Below are positions 9,568 to 18,742 of a DNA stretch of 64,000 nt, in pieces. The first letter of the stretch is position 1. Every line of letters begins with the position of its first letter. A program made the translations under genes and the position numbers. Source of the DNA: a bacterium (lineage in GTDB: Bacteria > Patescibacteriota > Minisyncoccia > Phycocordibacterales > GWA1-40-21); NCBI GenBank assembly GCA_037131755.1, contig JBAXQJ010000004.1, positions 1,094 through 65,093 of the forward strand. The letters run 5' to 3'. The notes beneath the pieces were generated by a model. That model ran no database searches. It was not told where the DNA came from and saw only the letters and a list, made by a program, of their open reading frames with translations.

Positions 9568-10023
9568 TTACTTCAAATCACCGACATAGTACTGGTCCAA
9601 CAGACTGTTCGCATATGAGGAATGCGGTCGGCCGCCGGGACGGCCTTTGGTGTCAAACGCCACGGTGGCATCCTTTCCGCAATACGAGTCGATGGTGTAA
9701 GTTCCTCCGGGATGATTGATGTCGTAATTGCTCAAATCATAGACTTTGGCGTTTATGATCATCCAGCAATCTGAAGCCGTACTGTGCTTTGCCACTTCAG
9801 CCGCATTCAGGACGACTGTCTTGCCGGAAGTCGGTTTAATTGAAGTTGCAGTTGAGGCACTTCTGGTATTACCGCCGGCTTTCAAATTATTATTTTGATA
9901 AAAAACCAAGCCCGCCGTCAGAATAGCGGTGACAACGCAGAAAAATATGAACAATGATACGCCAGTTAATTTCTTCATTTGATTACAACATGCTAAATTC
10001 TTCAGCGTGAATATTTTTATCAT
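9568..10023 (-). CDS. membrane-anchored cytochrome b5-like heme-binding domain protein
   Basis: N-terminal TM helix; C-terminal DCWMIINAKVYDLSNYDINHPGG...GKDATVAFD matches the cytochrome b5 HPGG heme-binding signature. Overlaps the downstream reductase gene by 41 nt. Confidence 0.6.
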   Translation of the reverse strand: MIKIFTLKNLACCNQMKKLTGVSLFIFFCVVTAILTAGLVFYQNNNLKAGGNTRSASTATSIKPTSGKTVVLNAAEVAKHSTASDCWMIINAKVYDLSNYDINHPGGTYTIDSYCGKDATVAFDTKGRPGGRPHSSYANSLLDQYYVGDLK

Positions 10024-11287
10024 TTACGCCTAGGCTGATAAACTGCTCGGTCAATGATTTCATAAAAGCCGACGGACCGCAAATATAGATTTCTTCCCTG
10101 ATCAGATTACCGCTTTGGGTGGCAATCTCTTTGGCACTTATCCTTCCCTGCTCCTTGGAAATCCACGGCAAAACCCGAAACTTCTTGTTGGCCGACATGA
10201 CCGTCTGAAGCTCCGCCAGCAATACCAACTCTTTCTTTTCCGCCACGCAATAATACAAATCGATATTATGATTTCCCTCTTTCAGACTTCGCGCCATGCT
10301 CAGAAACGGCGTGATGCCGACCCCGCCAGCAATCCAGATTTCTTTTTTATCGCTTTGGCTATCTTCAAAAAAACTGCCGAAAGGTCCCTCGATCATCACC
10401 TTCATGCCGGTACGCATTTTGTCAAAATCGCTGGTAAAATCGCCGAGAGACTTGATCACGAGCTTGATTTTTTCCTCACTGACCGATGAAGAAATGGAAA
10501 AAGGATGCGGTTCGGAACTGATACCGGTGGCGACAAATCGGATATAGATAAACTGGCCGGGACGGAAATCCATCGCTCGTTCATTTGGTTTCAATTCAAG
10601 TTCGACGATTTTGTCGTGCAAAACCCTGACGGCTTTTATCTCATACTCGTAGTCATTATTGAAAAACTTTCGGAAAAAAGAGCGATACGCTCCAGCAAGT
10701 AAGCCCCAGACTGAAAAGAACAAAATATAGTAACGGATAAACAAGTCGCGCGAGATATCGCTAGTGATAAGGAAGGTGTGGACTAGGGCAAAAACAAAAA
10801 CGACGACCATCACCTTGTGCGATATTCGCCAAACATGATACTTAATTTTTACGAAGATGGTCAGGATCAGGAGAATAATCATGAGAGTCAACGCCCAAAT
10901 GCCGGCGTCCATCGCCAAACCATTTCCCGGCAGCAAGAACAGGGCCGCGCTTCTCACCGAAACAGAAACATATTTCACCACCAGAAACAGAGGGTGGAAT
11001 AAGAGCAGAGAAAAAGACAAAGACCCGAGGAATCGATGGGCGCCATAAAAGCGATGCAGACCGCCGAAAATCCGATCAAAGAAAGTTGAACGACTGCTTA
11101 AAATAAGATTGATGGCAAAAATAGTCATACCCAAAAGACCGGCTATTTGCCCAAGACTGGTCATCGTCGTGTTCAGATTCAGAAATCTCAGAGACAACGG
11201 TTCAAGGAAAAACCAACGGGCAATCGGGACCAGACATAGGACTGCCAAGACGGCAGTCGGAAGACTTTTTGATTTAATCAATTTCAT
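9983..11287 (-). CDS. ferric reductase / NOX-like transmembrane flavocytochrome (FRD TM domain + FAD + NAD(P) binding)
   Basis: 434 aa; about 6 TM helices with paired His (GLHRFYGAHRF; YHVWRISHKV...LVHTF); FAD-binding HPFSISSS motif; NAD-binding GGVGITPF motif. Confidence 0.7.
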   Translation of the reverse strand: MKLIKSKSLPTAVLAVLCLVPIARWFFLEPLSLRFLNLNTTMTSLGQIAGLLGMTIFAINLILSSRSTFFDRIFGGLHRFYGAHRFLGSLSFSLLLFHPLFLVVKYVSVSVRSAALFLLPGNGLAMDAGIWALTLMIILLILTIFVKIKYHVWRISHKVMVVVFVFALVHTFLITSDISRDLFIRYYILFFSVWGLLAGAYRSFFRKFFNNDYEYEIKAVRVLHDKIVELELKPNERAMDFRPGQFIYIRFVATGISSEPHPFSISSSVSEEKIKLVIKSLGDFTSDFDKMRTGMKVMIEGPFGSFFEDSQSDKKEIWIAGGVGITPFLSMARSLKEGNHNIDLYYCVAEKKELVLLAELQTVMSANKKFRVLPWISKEQGRISAKEIATQSGNLIREEIYICGPSAFMKSLTEQFISLGVNDKNIHAEEFSML

Positions 11288-11311
11288 ACGGTAAATGGAA
11301 TGCGCCGCCGC

Positions 11312-11773
11312 TTAATCCCTTTCCTCGTTGTTGTAAGATAGCTTCTTTAGTCCTTTTTCAAGGAACCAAAAAATCGTAAAGATAATCAAGGTAAGGCCAG
11401 TGGCGATTGCCGCTGGAACATAATAGCCGAATCCGCACGCCATACCGACTCCAGCCGAAACCCACAGGCCGGCGGCGCTGGTCAGACCGGAAACTTTTGA
11501 CTCCTTATGAAAAACCAAGCCGGCACCGATAAAGCCGATACCGGAGATGATGGCTGGTCCGAGGAAAATCGGGTTGAAGGCAACCGTTCCGGTCAATTTT
11601 TCACCCATAAGAAGCGAAATGAGAGCAAACAAAGCTGAGCCCATACCCGCCAAAGCGTACGTGCGCATTCCGGCGCTTTTGCCAGCCAGCGTCCTTTCTA
11701 TTCCAACCAGACCGCCAAGGGCGACCGCAATACTGAGACGAATCAAGATATCAATAGTCGTTAGTTCTAACAT
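11312..11773 (-). CDS. mgtC: MgtC/SapB family membrane protein
   Basis: 153 aa; N-terminal LIRLSIAVALGGLVGIERTLAGKSAGMRTYALAG is characteristic of the MgtC family. Confidence 0.7.
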   Translation of the reverse strand: MLELTTIDILIRLSIAVALGGLVGIERTLAGKSAGMRTYALAGMGSALFALISLLMGEKLTGTVAFNPIFLGPAIISGIGFIGAGLVFHKESKVSGLTSAAGLWVSAGVGMACGFGYYVPAAIATGLTLIIFTIFWFLEKGLKKLSYNNEERD

Positions 11774-11981
11774 TGTAAAAATTAATTAAATCTTATATAA
11801 GCAATATTTTAACATATTTTTTACAAATCGAAAATCAAGACCGCTTTCGCTAGTTTTAGTAGACGGCGTCATGTGTCCCGTCGCCAAAGCGATGGCGACG
11901 TGTGATTAAAACCAAGCTTCAGCGAGTCAAGCCCGACTTCGCCTGTTCGTATTATGGAAAGACTTTTGCTATGATACAGCA

Positions 11982-14222
11982 ATGTTACTCCAAGATCCGA
12001 TAGATAAAAATTTCCGTTTGCAGGGCGATCAAAAGGCGGCCTTAAAGAAAATCGGCATCAAGACGATCGAGGATTTGCTCTACCATTTCCCGACTCGCTA
12101 CGGCGATACGGCGGAAATAAAAAATATCAGCACTTTAGTAGCTGGAGAAACGGCAGTGATTTATGGACGGATTACCAATCTCAAAACTGGCAAGGCTTTT
12201 ATCAAGAAGACGTCGATTTCCGACGCCTACATCGAGGACGAAAGCGGGAAAATAAAAGTGATCTGGTTCCATCAGCCCTACATTGCCAAGATAATTCACG
12301 AAGGCGCTTTTGTCCGAGTGGAAGGCAAGGTCTCCGAAAAGAAATCCTCTATACCAAGGCTAAACCTTGGTATAGACCAAGGTTTAGCCTTGGTCGGTGG
12401 GGAGAAAAAGATTTTGTCTTTTATCAACCCCAAAATCGAAACGGTGGCCAAAATACCGATCGGCGTCGGCGAGTCACTCTTTGGGGAAGATGGCGAAGAA
12501 CATTCGCTTTATCCGGTTTACCCCGAGAGCAAAGGCATCACTTCCAATTGGCTGTATCATGGCATACAGAAAATCCTCAAGGATGGAATTCTCGACCAAA
12601 TCACCGATCCGATACCCGATTTTATTCTCAAAACTTACAATCTCCCCTCGCTCGCCACGGCCCTGGTCTGGATCCATGCGCCCAAAAAACAAACCGACGC
12701 TCTGGCGGCCCGCAAGCGCTTTGCTTTTGAAGAAGTTTTTTACATCCAGCTCCAGAAAAAGAAAGATAAAAAAACTTGGGAAATCGATCCGGCGTTTAAA
12801 ATAGAGAAGGATCAAAAAGATATCGATTCCTTTACCAAACGCTTCCCATTTGAAGCCACTGGCGCACAAAAGAAAGCGATCGACCAAATTCTCTCGGATA
12901 TGAGGCGCGGTTTTGCGATGGGTCGGTTACTTGAAGGCGATGTCGGCTCTGGCAAGACGGCTGTCGCTGCGGCCGCTGTTTTTGCCACGACCACTTCCCG
13001 TCCATTTGGCCAAAATTTTGGCGCCCTGCAAACCGCCTATATGTGCCCGACCGAAATCCTGGCCAAACAGCAGTTCGAATCTTTCATAAAATATTTTACT
13101 TATCTCGGTATCAATATCGGACTCATTACTTCAAGCGGTTGCCGAAAATTCCCATCCAAAGTCAATCCAAATGGCTGGACCGATATCTCGCGCACCCAGC
13201 TTTTGAAATGGGTAGCCAATGGCGAGATCCCGATTCTGGTCGGAACGCACTCCTTGATCCAGAAAACGATTAAATTCAAGCACTTGGCTTTCGTGATCAT
13301 CGATGAACAGCATCGGTTCGGGACTAATCAAAGGCAAAAATTATTCAAGAAGAACGAGCCGGATGGCAAACCCAACCCTCACCTGCTTTCGATGACGGCG
13401 ACTCCGATTCCCCGCACTCTGGCGCTCACCGTCTATGGCGATTTGGATCTGTCCGTCCTCGACGAAATGCCGGCCGGCCGCAAACCGATCATCACGGAAA
13501 TTGTCTTACCCAAAGAGGAAACGCGCCAAGAGACTTATGAAAAAATCCGCGCCGAATTAAGATCCGGTCGACAAGTCTATATCATCTGTCCGCGCATCGA
13601 CGAACCGGATCCCAACAAAGAAATGGCCGTGCTGGCAAAATCAGTGACGGAAGAAGCCAAGCGTCTCAAAGAAAAGATCTTTCCGGAATACGAGATCGGC
13701 GTTCTCCACGGTAAGATGAAAGACGATGAAAAAGAAGAGGTGATGGCCGAATTTTCGGCTGGTAAAATTCACATCCTTTGTGCCACCTCGGTCGTGGAAG
13801 TCGGCGTGAATGTGCCGAACGCGACTGTCATCGTGATCGAGGGTGCCGAACGTTTCGGCCTGGCCCAGCTCCATCAGCTTCGCGGCCGGGTTATTCGTGG
13901 CAACCATCAGGCTTACTGCTACATTTTTGCCGATACCAAAACCGACAAGACGATACAGCGCTTGCGGGCATTTAAGAATTCCGCAAACGGTTTCGAGTTG
14001 GCGGAGTTCGATCTCAAACTCCGCGGTCCGGGCGAGCTCGGCGGCAACAAACAATGGGGCATTTCGGATATCGGCATGGAGGCGCTCAAAAATATCAAAA
14101 TGGTCGAAGCCGCCCGCGCGGAAGCTGGATATCTTTTGGAAAATGATTTTGAGTTGCAAAAATACCCCCTGCTAAAAGAAAAATTAAAATGCAGAAAGAC
14201 TGAAGAAATTCATTTTGAATAG
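11982..14222 (+). CDS. recG: ATP-dependent DNA helicase RecG
   Basis: 746 aa; wedge/OB N-domain; helicase motifs (GDVGSGKT, IIDEQHRFG DEQH box); C-terminal helicase lobe. Confidence 0.85.
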   Translation: MLLQDPIDKNFRLQGDQKAALKKIGIKTIEDLLYHFPTRYGDTAEIKNISTLVAGETAVIYGRITNLKTGKAFIKKTSISDAYIEDESGKIKVIWFHQPYIAKIIHEGAFVRVEGKVSEKKSSIPRLNLGIDQGLALVGGEKKILSFINPKIETVAKIPIGVGESLFGEDGEEHSLYPVYPESKGITSNWLYHGIQKILKDGILDQITDPIPDFILKTYNLPSLATALVWIHAPKKQTDALAARKRFAFEEVFYIQLQKKKDKKTWEIDPAFKIEKDQKDIDSFTKRFPFEATGAQKKAIDQILSDMRRGFAMGRLLEGDVGSGKTAVAAAAVFATTTSRPFGQNFGALQTAYMCPTEILAKQQFESFIKYFTYLGINIGLITSSGCRKFPSKVNPNGWTDISRTQLLKWVANGEIPILVGTHSLIQKTIKFKHLAFVIIDEQHRFGTNQRQKLFKKNEPDGKPNPHLLSMTATPIPRTLALTVYGDLDLSVLDEMPAGRKPIITEIVLPKEETRQETYEKIRAELRSGRQVYIICPRIDEPDPNKEMAVLAKSVTEEAKRLKEKIFPEYEIGVLHGKMKDDEKEEVMAEFSAGKIHILCATSVVEVGVNVPNATVIVIEGAERFGLAQLHQLRGRVIRGNHQAYCYIFADTKTDKTIQRLRAFKNSANGFELAEFDLKLRGPGELGGNKQWGISDIGMEALKNIKMVEAARAEAGYLLENDFELQKYPLLKEKLKCRKTEEIHFE
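12350..12395. repeat. palindromic repeat element (two inverted units) lying in-frame inside recG
   Basis: tataccaaggctaaaccttggtata + gaccaaggtttagccttggtc; the 27-mer ctataccaaggctaaaccttggtatag is identical to the copy at 53347-53373; translated as IPRLNLGIDQGLALVG within RecG. Confidence 0.7.
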
Positions 14223-14288
14223 AATAATATCGGAAAGATAAGCCTGATTGCGATAAGCCTTTTTTTACGCTAATATCCATAGGTAAAT

Positions 14289-14361
14289 GCGCGTGTAGCT
14301 CAGTTGGTAGAGCGGTCGTCTTATACACGACTGGTCCCAGGTTCGAATCCTGGCACGCGCA
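14289..14361 (+). tRNA. tRNA-Ile (anticodon UAU)
   Basis: Manual cloverleaf of GCGCGTGTAGCTCAGTTGGTAGAGCGGTCGTCTTATACACGACTGGTCCCAGGTTCGAATCCTGGCACGCGCA: perfect 7-bp acceptor, 5-bp anticodon stem GTCGT/ACGAC, loop CTTATAC (U33, anticodon TAT, A37), discriminator A, no encoded CCA. Confidence 0.75.
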
Positions 14362-14476
14362 CAAACTAAAGCCGGGTTTTCATCAGATGAAAACCCGGCT
14401 GAGTATTTTATATGATTGGTCGCCAAGGTCTCACCTTTCCCGTCGCCGACTCCTCCCCAAGGAGAGACCTTGTCGC

Positions 14477-16462
14477 CTAGTTTTGATGCTCAATATCCTG
14501 TTTCTTCTTCAAAGGGATGCCGTGCGCCACGATTATTTTTTCATATTCATCGCGTTCGATCGTCTCTACCTCGATCAACCTCTTAGCAATCACATCGAGA
14601 AGTGGACGATGGGTTGTCAAAATTTCCTCGGCCCGGCCCAAATTGTTTTCCATAATCGCCGAGACTTCGGCATCGATTTGCGCGCCGACTTTTTCCGAGT
14701 AGTCATGATCGCCCACGCCTTTGCCATACAAGGCCCGGCCACCCTCACCTTCCAAGGCTACGGCCCCCATTTTGTCGGACATGCCGTACTTCGTCACCAT
14801 ATCGCGAGCCAAGGCGGTCGACACCTGCAAATCATTTGACGGCCCGGTGGTGATATCTTTGAAAATCATTTTTTCGGCCACATACCCGCCCAAAGAAACG
14901 GCAATGTCATCCAAAAATTCTTTCTTGCTCTGCAACTTTCTGTCTTGTAATGGCAAATGCAAGGTGTAACCGGCGGCCCGACCGCGGGAGATAATCGAAA
15001 TCTTGTGCACCGGATCGGCATAAAGCAAAACCGATGAAACCAAGGCGTGACCGGCTTCGTGATAAGCGGTAATTTCTTTTTCTTTCTTGGACAACAAATG
15101 GCTTTTTCTCTCCGGACCCATCATCACTTTTTCGATCGAACGGATCAAATCGAACTGCGCCACTTTCTGTCTGTTTTCTCGAGCAGCCAGGATTGCCGCT
15201 TCATTCATCAGTGAGAACAAATCCGCACCGGAAAAACCAGGCGTTCTCTCCGCGATCACCACCAAATTTACATCTTCGGCAAACGGCTTTTCCTTGGCAT
15301 GCACTTTCAAAATCGCCTCGCGATCATTTCGATCCGGCAGATCGATCACCACTCGGCGATCAAACCGGCCCGGTCGGAGCAAAGCGGGATCCAAAACATC
15401 CGGACGATTAGTCGCCGCCATCACAATCACTTTTTCATTGGGTTCAAAGCCGTCCATCTCCACCAGGATCTGATTCAAGGTTTGCTCGCGTTCGTCATTG
15501 CCACCGCCCATTCCCGCTCCGCGCACTCGGCCGACGGCATCGATTTCATCCACAAAGATAATCGCTGGCGCCATCTGCTTGGCCATCTTGAACAAGTCGC
15601 GAACACGGCTGGCACCCACACCGACGAACATTTCCACGAATTCAGAACCGGAAATAGAAAAGAAAGCTACGCCCGCCTCCCCAGCGACGGCTCGAGCGAG
15701 CAAGGTTTTTCCCGTACCCGGCGCGCCCATCAAAAGTATACCTTTGGGAATTCGCGCTCCGATTTCCAAAAATTTCTTGGGATTTTTCAAAAAATCAACG
15801 ACTTCGGATAATTCTTCTTTCGCTTCTTTGGCTCCGGCCACATCGGCAAAAGTTATTTTTTGTTTCTTGTCCGACGGCAAGATCATTCGCGCCTTGGATT
15901 GACCGAAACTGAAAGCCTGCATACCAGCCCCTTTCACCTGTCGAGTGAGCAGCCAAAATATGAAAGCGATAACCAGAAGCGGCAGCACAAACGGCGCCAA
16001 GGCCAAAAACCAATAACTGAATCCGCCCTCGGCCACGACATCGATTTTCACGTTCGCCATCTTTTCCGGAGCGACTTTGTAGTTGGCCAAAGTTTGAGAT
16101 AAAGCTGTCGCATCTTCTTTTTGCGAACTTTTTATCACCGGCGTACCGCTCGCTACCGGATTGTAAGTTATCGACAAATCATTGCCACTCACTTCAATTT
16201 TTTGCACTAGGCCGGCGGAGATATCGGTCGCCAGTTGGGAAATCGGAATTTGCTCAACCTTTTTTGACCCGCTGCCAAGCATCGAATACAAGGTGATGAT
16301 GACTAATAAAATCAAGATGACATTTATGATATTGGAAACTAGTCCGCCGCCAAAATTTGGCATTTTGGGTATTCCCCGCCCGCCTTTCTTGGGTGAAGAC
16401 ATGTTTGGACCCTTTGCCGGGCCTTTGGTTTTAAGTATTTGCATATGAGGATAATAACACAA
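14477..16462 (-). CDS. ftsH: ATP-dependent zinc metalloprotease FtsH
   Basis: 661 aa; N-terminal TM helices; AAA+ module ([14 protein letters not shown]); zinc-binding HEAGHALV. Confidence 0.9.
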   Translation of the reverse strand: MCYYPHMQILKTKGPAKGPNMSSPKKGGRGIPKMPNFGGGLVSNIINVILILLVIITLYSMLGSGSKKVEQIPISQLATDISAGLVQKIEVSGNDLSITYNPVASGTPVIKSSQKEDATALSQTLANYKVAPEKMANVKIDVVAEGGFSYWFLALAPFVLPLLVIAFIFWLLTRQVKGAGMQAFSFGQSKARMILPSDKKQKITFADVAGAKEAKEELSEVVDFLKNPKKFLEIGARIPKGILLMGAPGTGKTLLARAVAGEAGVAFFSISGSEFVEMFVGVGASRVRDLFKMAKQMAPAIIFVDEIDAVGRVRGAGMGGGNDEREQTLNQILVEMDGFEPNEKVIVMAATNRPDVLDPALLRPGRFDRRVVIDLPDRNDREAILKVHAKEKPFAEDVNLVVIAERTPGFSGADLFSLMNEAAILAARENRQKVAQFDLIRSIEKVMMGPERKSHLLSKKEKEITAYHEAGHALVSSVLLYADPVHKISIISRGRAAGYTLHLPLQDRKLQSKKEFLDDIAVSLGGYVAEKMIFKDITTGPSNDLQVSTALARDMVTKYGMSDKMGAVALEGEGGRALYGKGVGDHDYSEKVGAQIDAEVSAIMENNLGRAEEILTTHRPLLDVIAKRLIEVETIERDEYEKIIVAHGIPLKKKQDIEHQN

Positions 16463-16525
16463 AATATGCCTTCCGTTAAACCCACTGGAATTCCCAATCT
16501 ACCAGACTTCTGTTAAGATAGCGTT

Positions 16526-16972
16526 ATGAGTGCGACACTTATCCAAAACAAAAAAGCTTTCTTCAACTACGAAATCACGGAAAAATTTACCGCCGGCGTG
16601 GAGCTTTTTGGTTATGAAGTAAAGACCTTGCGTTCCAAGCAAGGCTCGCTTGATGGCGCTTATATTATCGTCCGGGGTGGCGAAGCGTATCTCGTCGGTT
16701 CAAACATACCCGCCTACCAACCCAAAAACGCGCCCAAAGAATACGACTCCAAGAGAAACCGCCGACTCCTTTTGTCCAAGAAAGAGATTTCTTACCTCTC
16801 AAACGCCGGCGACGCCCAGGGATTGACAATAGTGCCTATAGAGTTATATAATAGTGGGAAGTTTATCAAGCTGTCTTTCGGCATCGGCAAAGGAAAAAAG
16901 AAGTTTGATAAGCGCGAAGATATCAAAAAGCGCGAATCAAATCGCGACATTGAAAGAACTTTGAAATATTAG
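16526..16972 (+). CDS. smpB: SsrA-binding protein SmpB
   Basis: 148 aa; KKAFFNYEITEKFTAGVELFGYEVKTLRSKQGSLDGAYI matches SmpB. Confidence 0.9.
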   Translation: MSATLIQNKKAFFNYEITEKFTAGVELFGYEVKTLRSKQGSLDGAYIIVRGGEAYLVGSNIPAYQPKNAPKEYDSKRNRRLLLSKKEISYLSNAGDAQGLTIVPIELYNSGKFIKLSFGIGKGKKKFDKREDIKKRESNRDIERTLKY

Positions 16973-16980
16973 CTGGTATT

Positions 16981-17050
16981 TTGTAGACAGTAGATTGTAG
17001 ACAGAAAGAAATTTCTTCACACAGTATACGCTCTACCACATACTATCTAC
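16981..17050 (+). promoter_or_regulatory. GTAGATTGTAG-family promoter-proximal motif upstream of tmRNA
   Basis: ttgtagacagtagattgtagacag ... ctatctacaa inverted arrangement, with TTCACA / TACTAT -35/-10-like hexamers immediately upstream of the tmRNA 5' end. Confidence 0.35.
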
Positions 17051-17055
17051 AAAAT

Positions 17056-17473
17056 GGGGATGCATGTTTTGACAAAAAACCAAACCCTTTCGTGCAAAGC
17101 AGAGCTCCAACAACTCTTTAAAAGGTTGGAAATTGTAATTGCAAACACATTAGTTGCAAAGGCAAAGTCTCTTGTTTCTCCATATTTTGGAGTACAGGAT
17201 CTTGCTTTCGCCTACGTTGCTTAATCTTTTTAGATTAGCCTAGGCGGCGTCTCTCTCGCCTATTTCGCGGAGACGGGACGAGGCGTAATATACGCGAATA
17301 TATTTTGCAGTAGTCTCGACTGCAAACCGAGAACAAGAGAATCGGCTTATGATCATTTTTCTGATTTTGAAATCATAAGCTAAAATCCGTCACAAGACGG
17401 GACTAAATCAGATACGCTTTGTAGACTCGTCTGTGTTAATTTTTTGGACGCGGTTTCAATACCGCCATCTCCA
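17056..17473 (+). ncRNA. ssrA: putative tmRNA (SsrA)
   Basis: Begins GGGGATGCATGTTTTGAC (tmRNA-like 5' end) downstream of smpB. The 3' end CATCTCC-A can pair with 5' GGGGATG (one G-U) to form a tRNA-like acceptor, preceded by a T-arm-like GCGGTTTCAATACCGC. An internal ORF ends ...DLAFAYVA-TAA at 17222-17224. Not covariance-model verified. Confidence 0.5.
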
Positions 17474-17712
17474 CACTTTCAAAAATCCGCTCATTCTGAT
17501 GGGCGATTTTTGTTGTGTGGATATGAGCAAGCAAACTGCTTTGCTTGCGGGCGGTATTGAAAAGATTGGCGCTGTTTTGTCGGCAAAACCGCCAATCACG
17601 CGCCGTGGGCGGCAATTACCGCCATGTTTCTCAAACCCATTGACGAAACAACTGGAATGTGATAATTTTTTGACTGGAGTTTAAACCAAAAAAGTTAGAG
17701 AGGAATTGATAA

Positions 17713-18072
17713 ATGAACATGTATTTTGAGACGAGGACGGTCGGTCGGTTGATCTGCAATTTCGCAGGGTATGTCTTGGCGCTGATGCTTATCATCGCCT
17801 TGACCCTCCCCGCCTGGCCCTGTTCAACCGCAAATGAATTCGCCAAAATGGCGACGGGGTTTGTCCACCTCGGTATTTCGGTCTTTTTAATCTCGATTGC
17901 GACCTACTTGCGATCGAACCGCAATACTTATCACTGGGCGGAAAACAAGCCGGGTGGAACACGCTGGGACAAAATATCGCCAGTTGAACAAAAAATGTTC
18001 CAGTTTTCCCTCATTTTCTTTATTGCCGCCATTGGCACCTTTGCCTGCTTCATGTTGAGCAAGTTTCTGTAA
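17713..18072 (+). CDS. hypothetical membrane protein
   Basis: 119 aa with 3 predicted hydrophobic helices; followed by an intrinsic terminator. Confidence 0.45.
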   Translation: MNMYFETRTVGRLICNFAGYVLALMLIIALTLPAWPCSTANEFAKMATGFVHLGISVFLISIATYLRSNRNTYHWAENKPGGTRWDKISPVEQKMFQFSLIFFIAAIGTFACFMLSKFL

Positions 18073-18091
18073 GTTTCAAGGATGTTCCTTG

Positions 18092-18121
18092 GCCCACCCT
18101 AAACCGGTGGGCTGTTTTTTG
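18092..18121 (+). terminator. rho-independent terminator
   Basis: gcccacc-ctaaacc-ggtgggc stem-loop followed by TTTTTT. Confidence 0.6.
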
Positions 18122-18140
18122 CCTAAAATTTTCCACGTAA

Positions 18141-18177
18141 AAAGCCAAAATTTTATCAATAAAATTTTGGCTTTTTA
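18141..18177. terminator. bidirectional AT-rich terminator hairpin
   Basis: aaagccaaaatttt ... aaaattttggcttttt near-perfect palindrome flanked by A-run and T-run, between convergent genes. Confidence 0.5.
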
Positions 18178-18222
18178 GCTCACCCGTTCGGGCAGAGGAT
18201 CGTCATTTTGGATAAACATGGC

Positions 18223-18528
18223 TTATTCAGTGACCAAAGAATGATTCTCTAGTTTGGATGAAGCCTGTTTTCTTTTTCTGCTTTTGCGGGCAGTTTCGAA
18301 GTTTGATAGATAGCTCGACAGCATTGTACCGACGGCGCAACCGAGAGCATATGATACAACCAAGTACCAATTGTCCAGGTCGTCGACAAAAATTCGCAGG
18401 ACGTAGAACCAAATCAGAACGTTTACGACAGTCACCAGACCACTCATATAAGTTCGGGATTCGGCCACGGTTTTTGTCCAATAAGCCACCACAAACATCT
18501 CCACTACGCCTAATATAAAAAGAAGCAT
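18223..18528 (-). CDS. hypothetical small membrane protein
   Basis: 101 aa, two hydrophobic helices, basic C-terminus. Confidence 0.45.
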   Translation of the reverse strand: MLLFILGVVEMFVVAYWTKTVAESRTYMSGLVTVVNVLIWFYVLRIFVDDLDNWYLVVSYALGCAVGTMLSSYLSNFETARKSRKRKQASSKLENHSLVTE

Positions 18529-18742
18529 AGCTTTTCCTTAATTACAAATTGTTAAAGTTCGACCAGATCTGGACGATTTTGCCGCCAGATCCCGGTTTTT
18601 AGGCCGAGTAAACAAAATATGCCCTTTCGTGGCATATTCAAATTTACCCATATATTATACCTGAATTATTGCAAAAATCAAGCCTTTATGATACCATAGC
18701 GTCTGGTTTTTAAACAATGTTTTTCAGAAAGAGGAGGCTGGT

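Noticed and set aside
12397-14175. Multiple 60-170-aa ORFs on both strands inside recG (e.g. 12397-12804, 12474-12887, 13641-14159, 13843-14175)
   Set aside because: They lie entirely within, and out of frame with or antisense to, a well-supported 746-aa RecG ORF. Their compositions are low-complexity (Arg/Ser/Pro-rich), typical of spurious frames.
14095-14364. 89-aa minus-strand ORF overlapping tRNA-Ile
   Set aside because: It covers the tRNA gene; the tRNA fold is far better supported.
14387-16448. Antisense/overlapping ORFs within ftsH (14387-14839, 15087-15473, 15299-15811, 15498-15902 and others)
   Set aside because: They are embedded in the FtsH coding region on the opposite strand or in other frames, with no RBS and no domain signatures.
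17433-17684. 83-aa ORF overlapping the 3' end of the putative tmRNA
   Set aside because: It overlaps the structured RNA and has no RBS; likely spurious.
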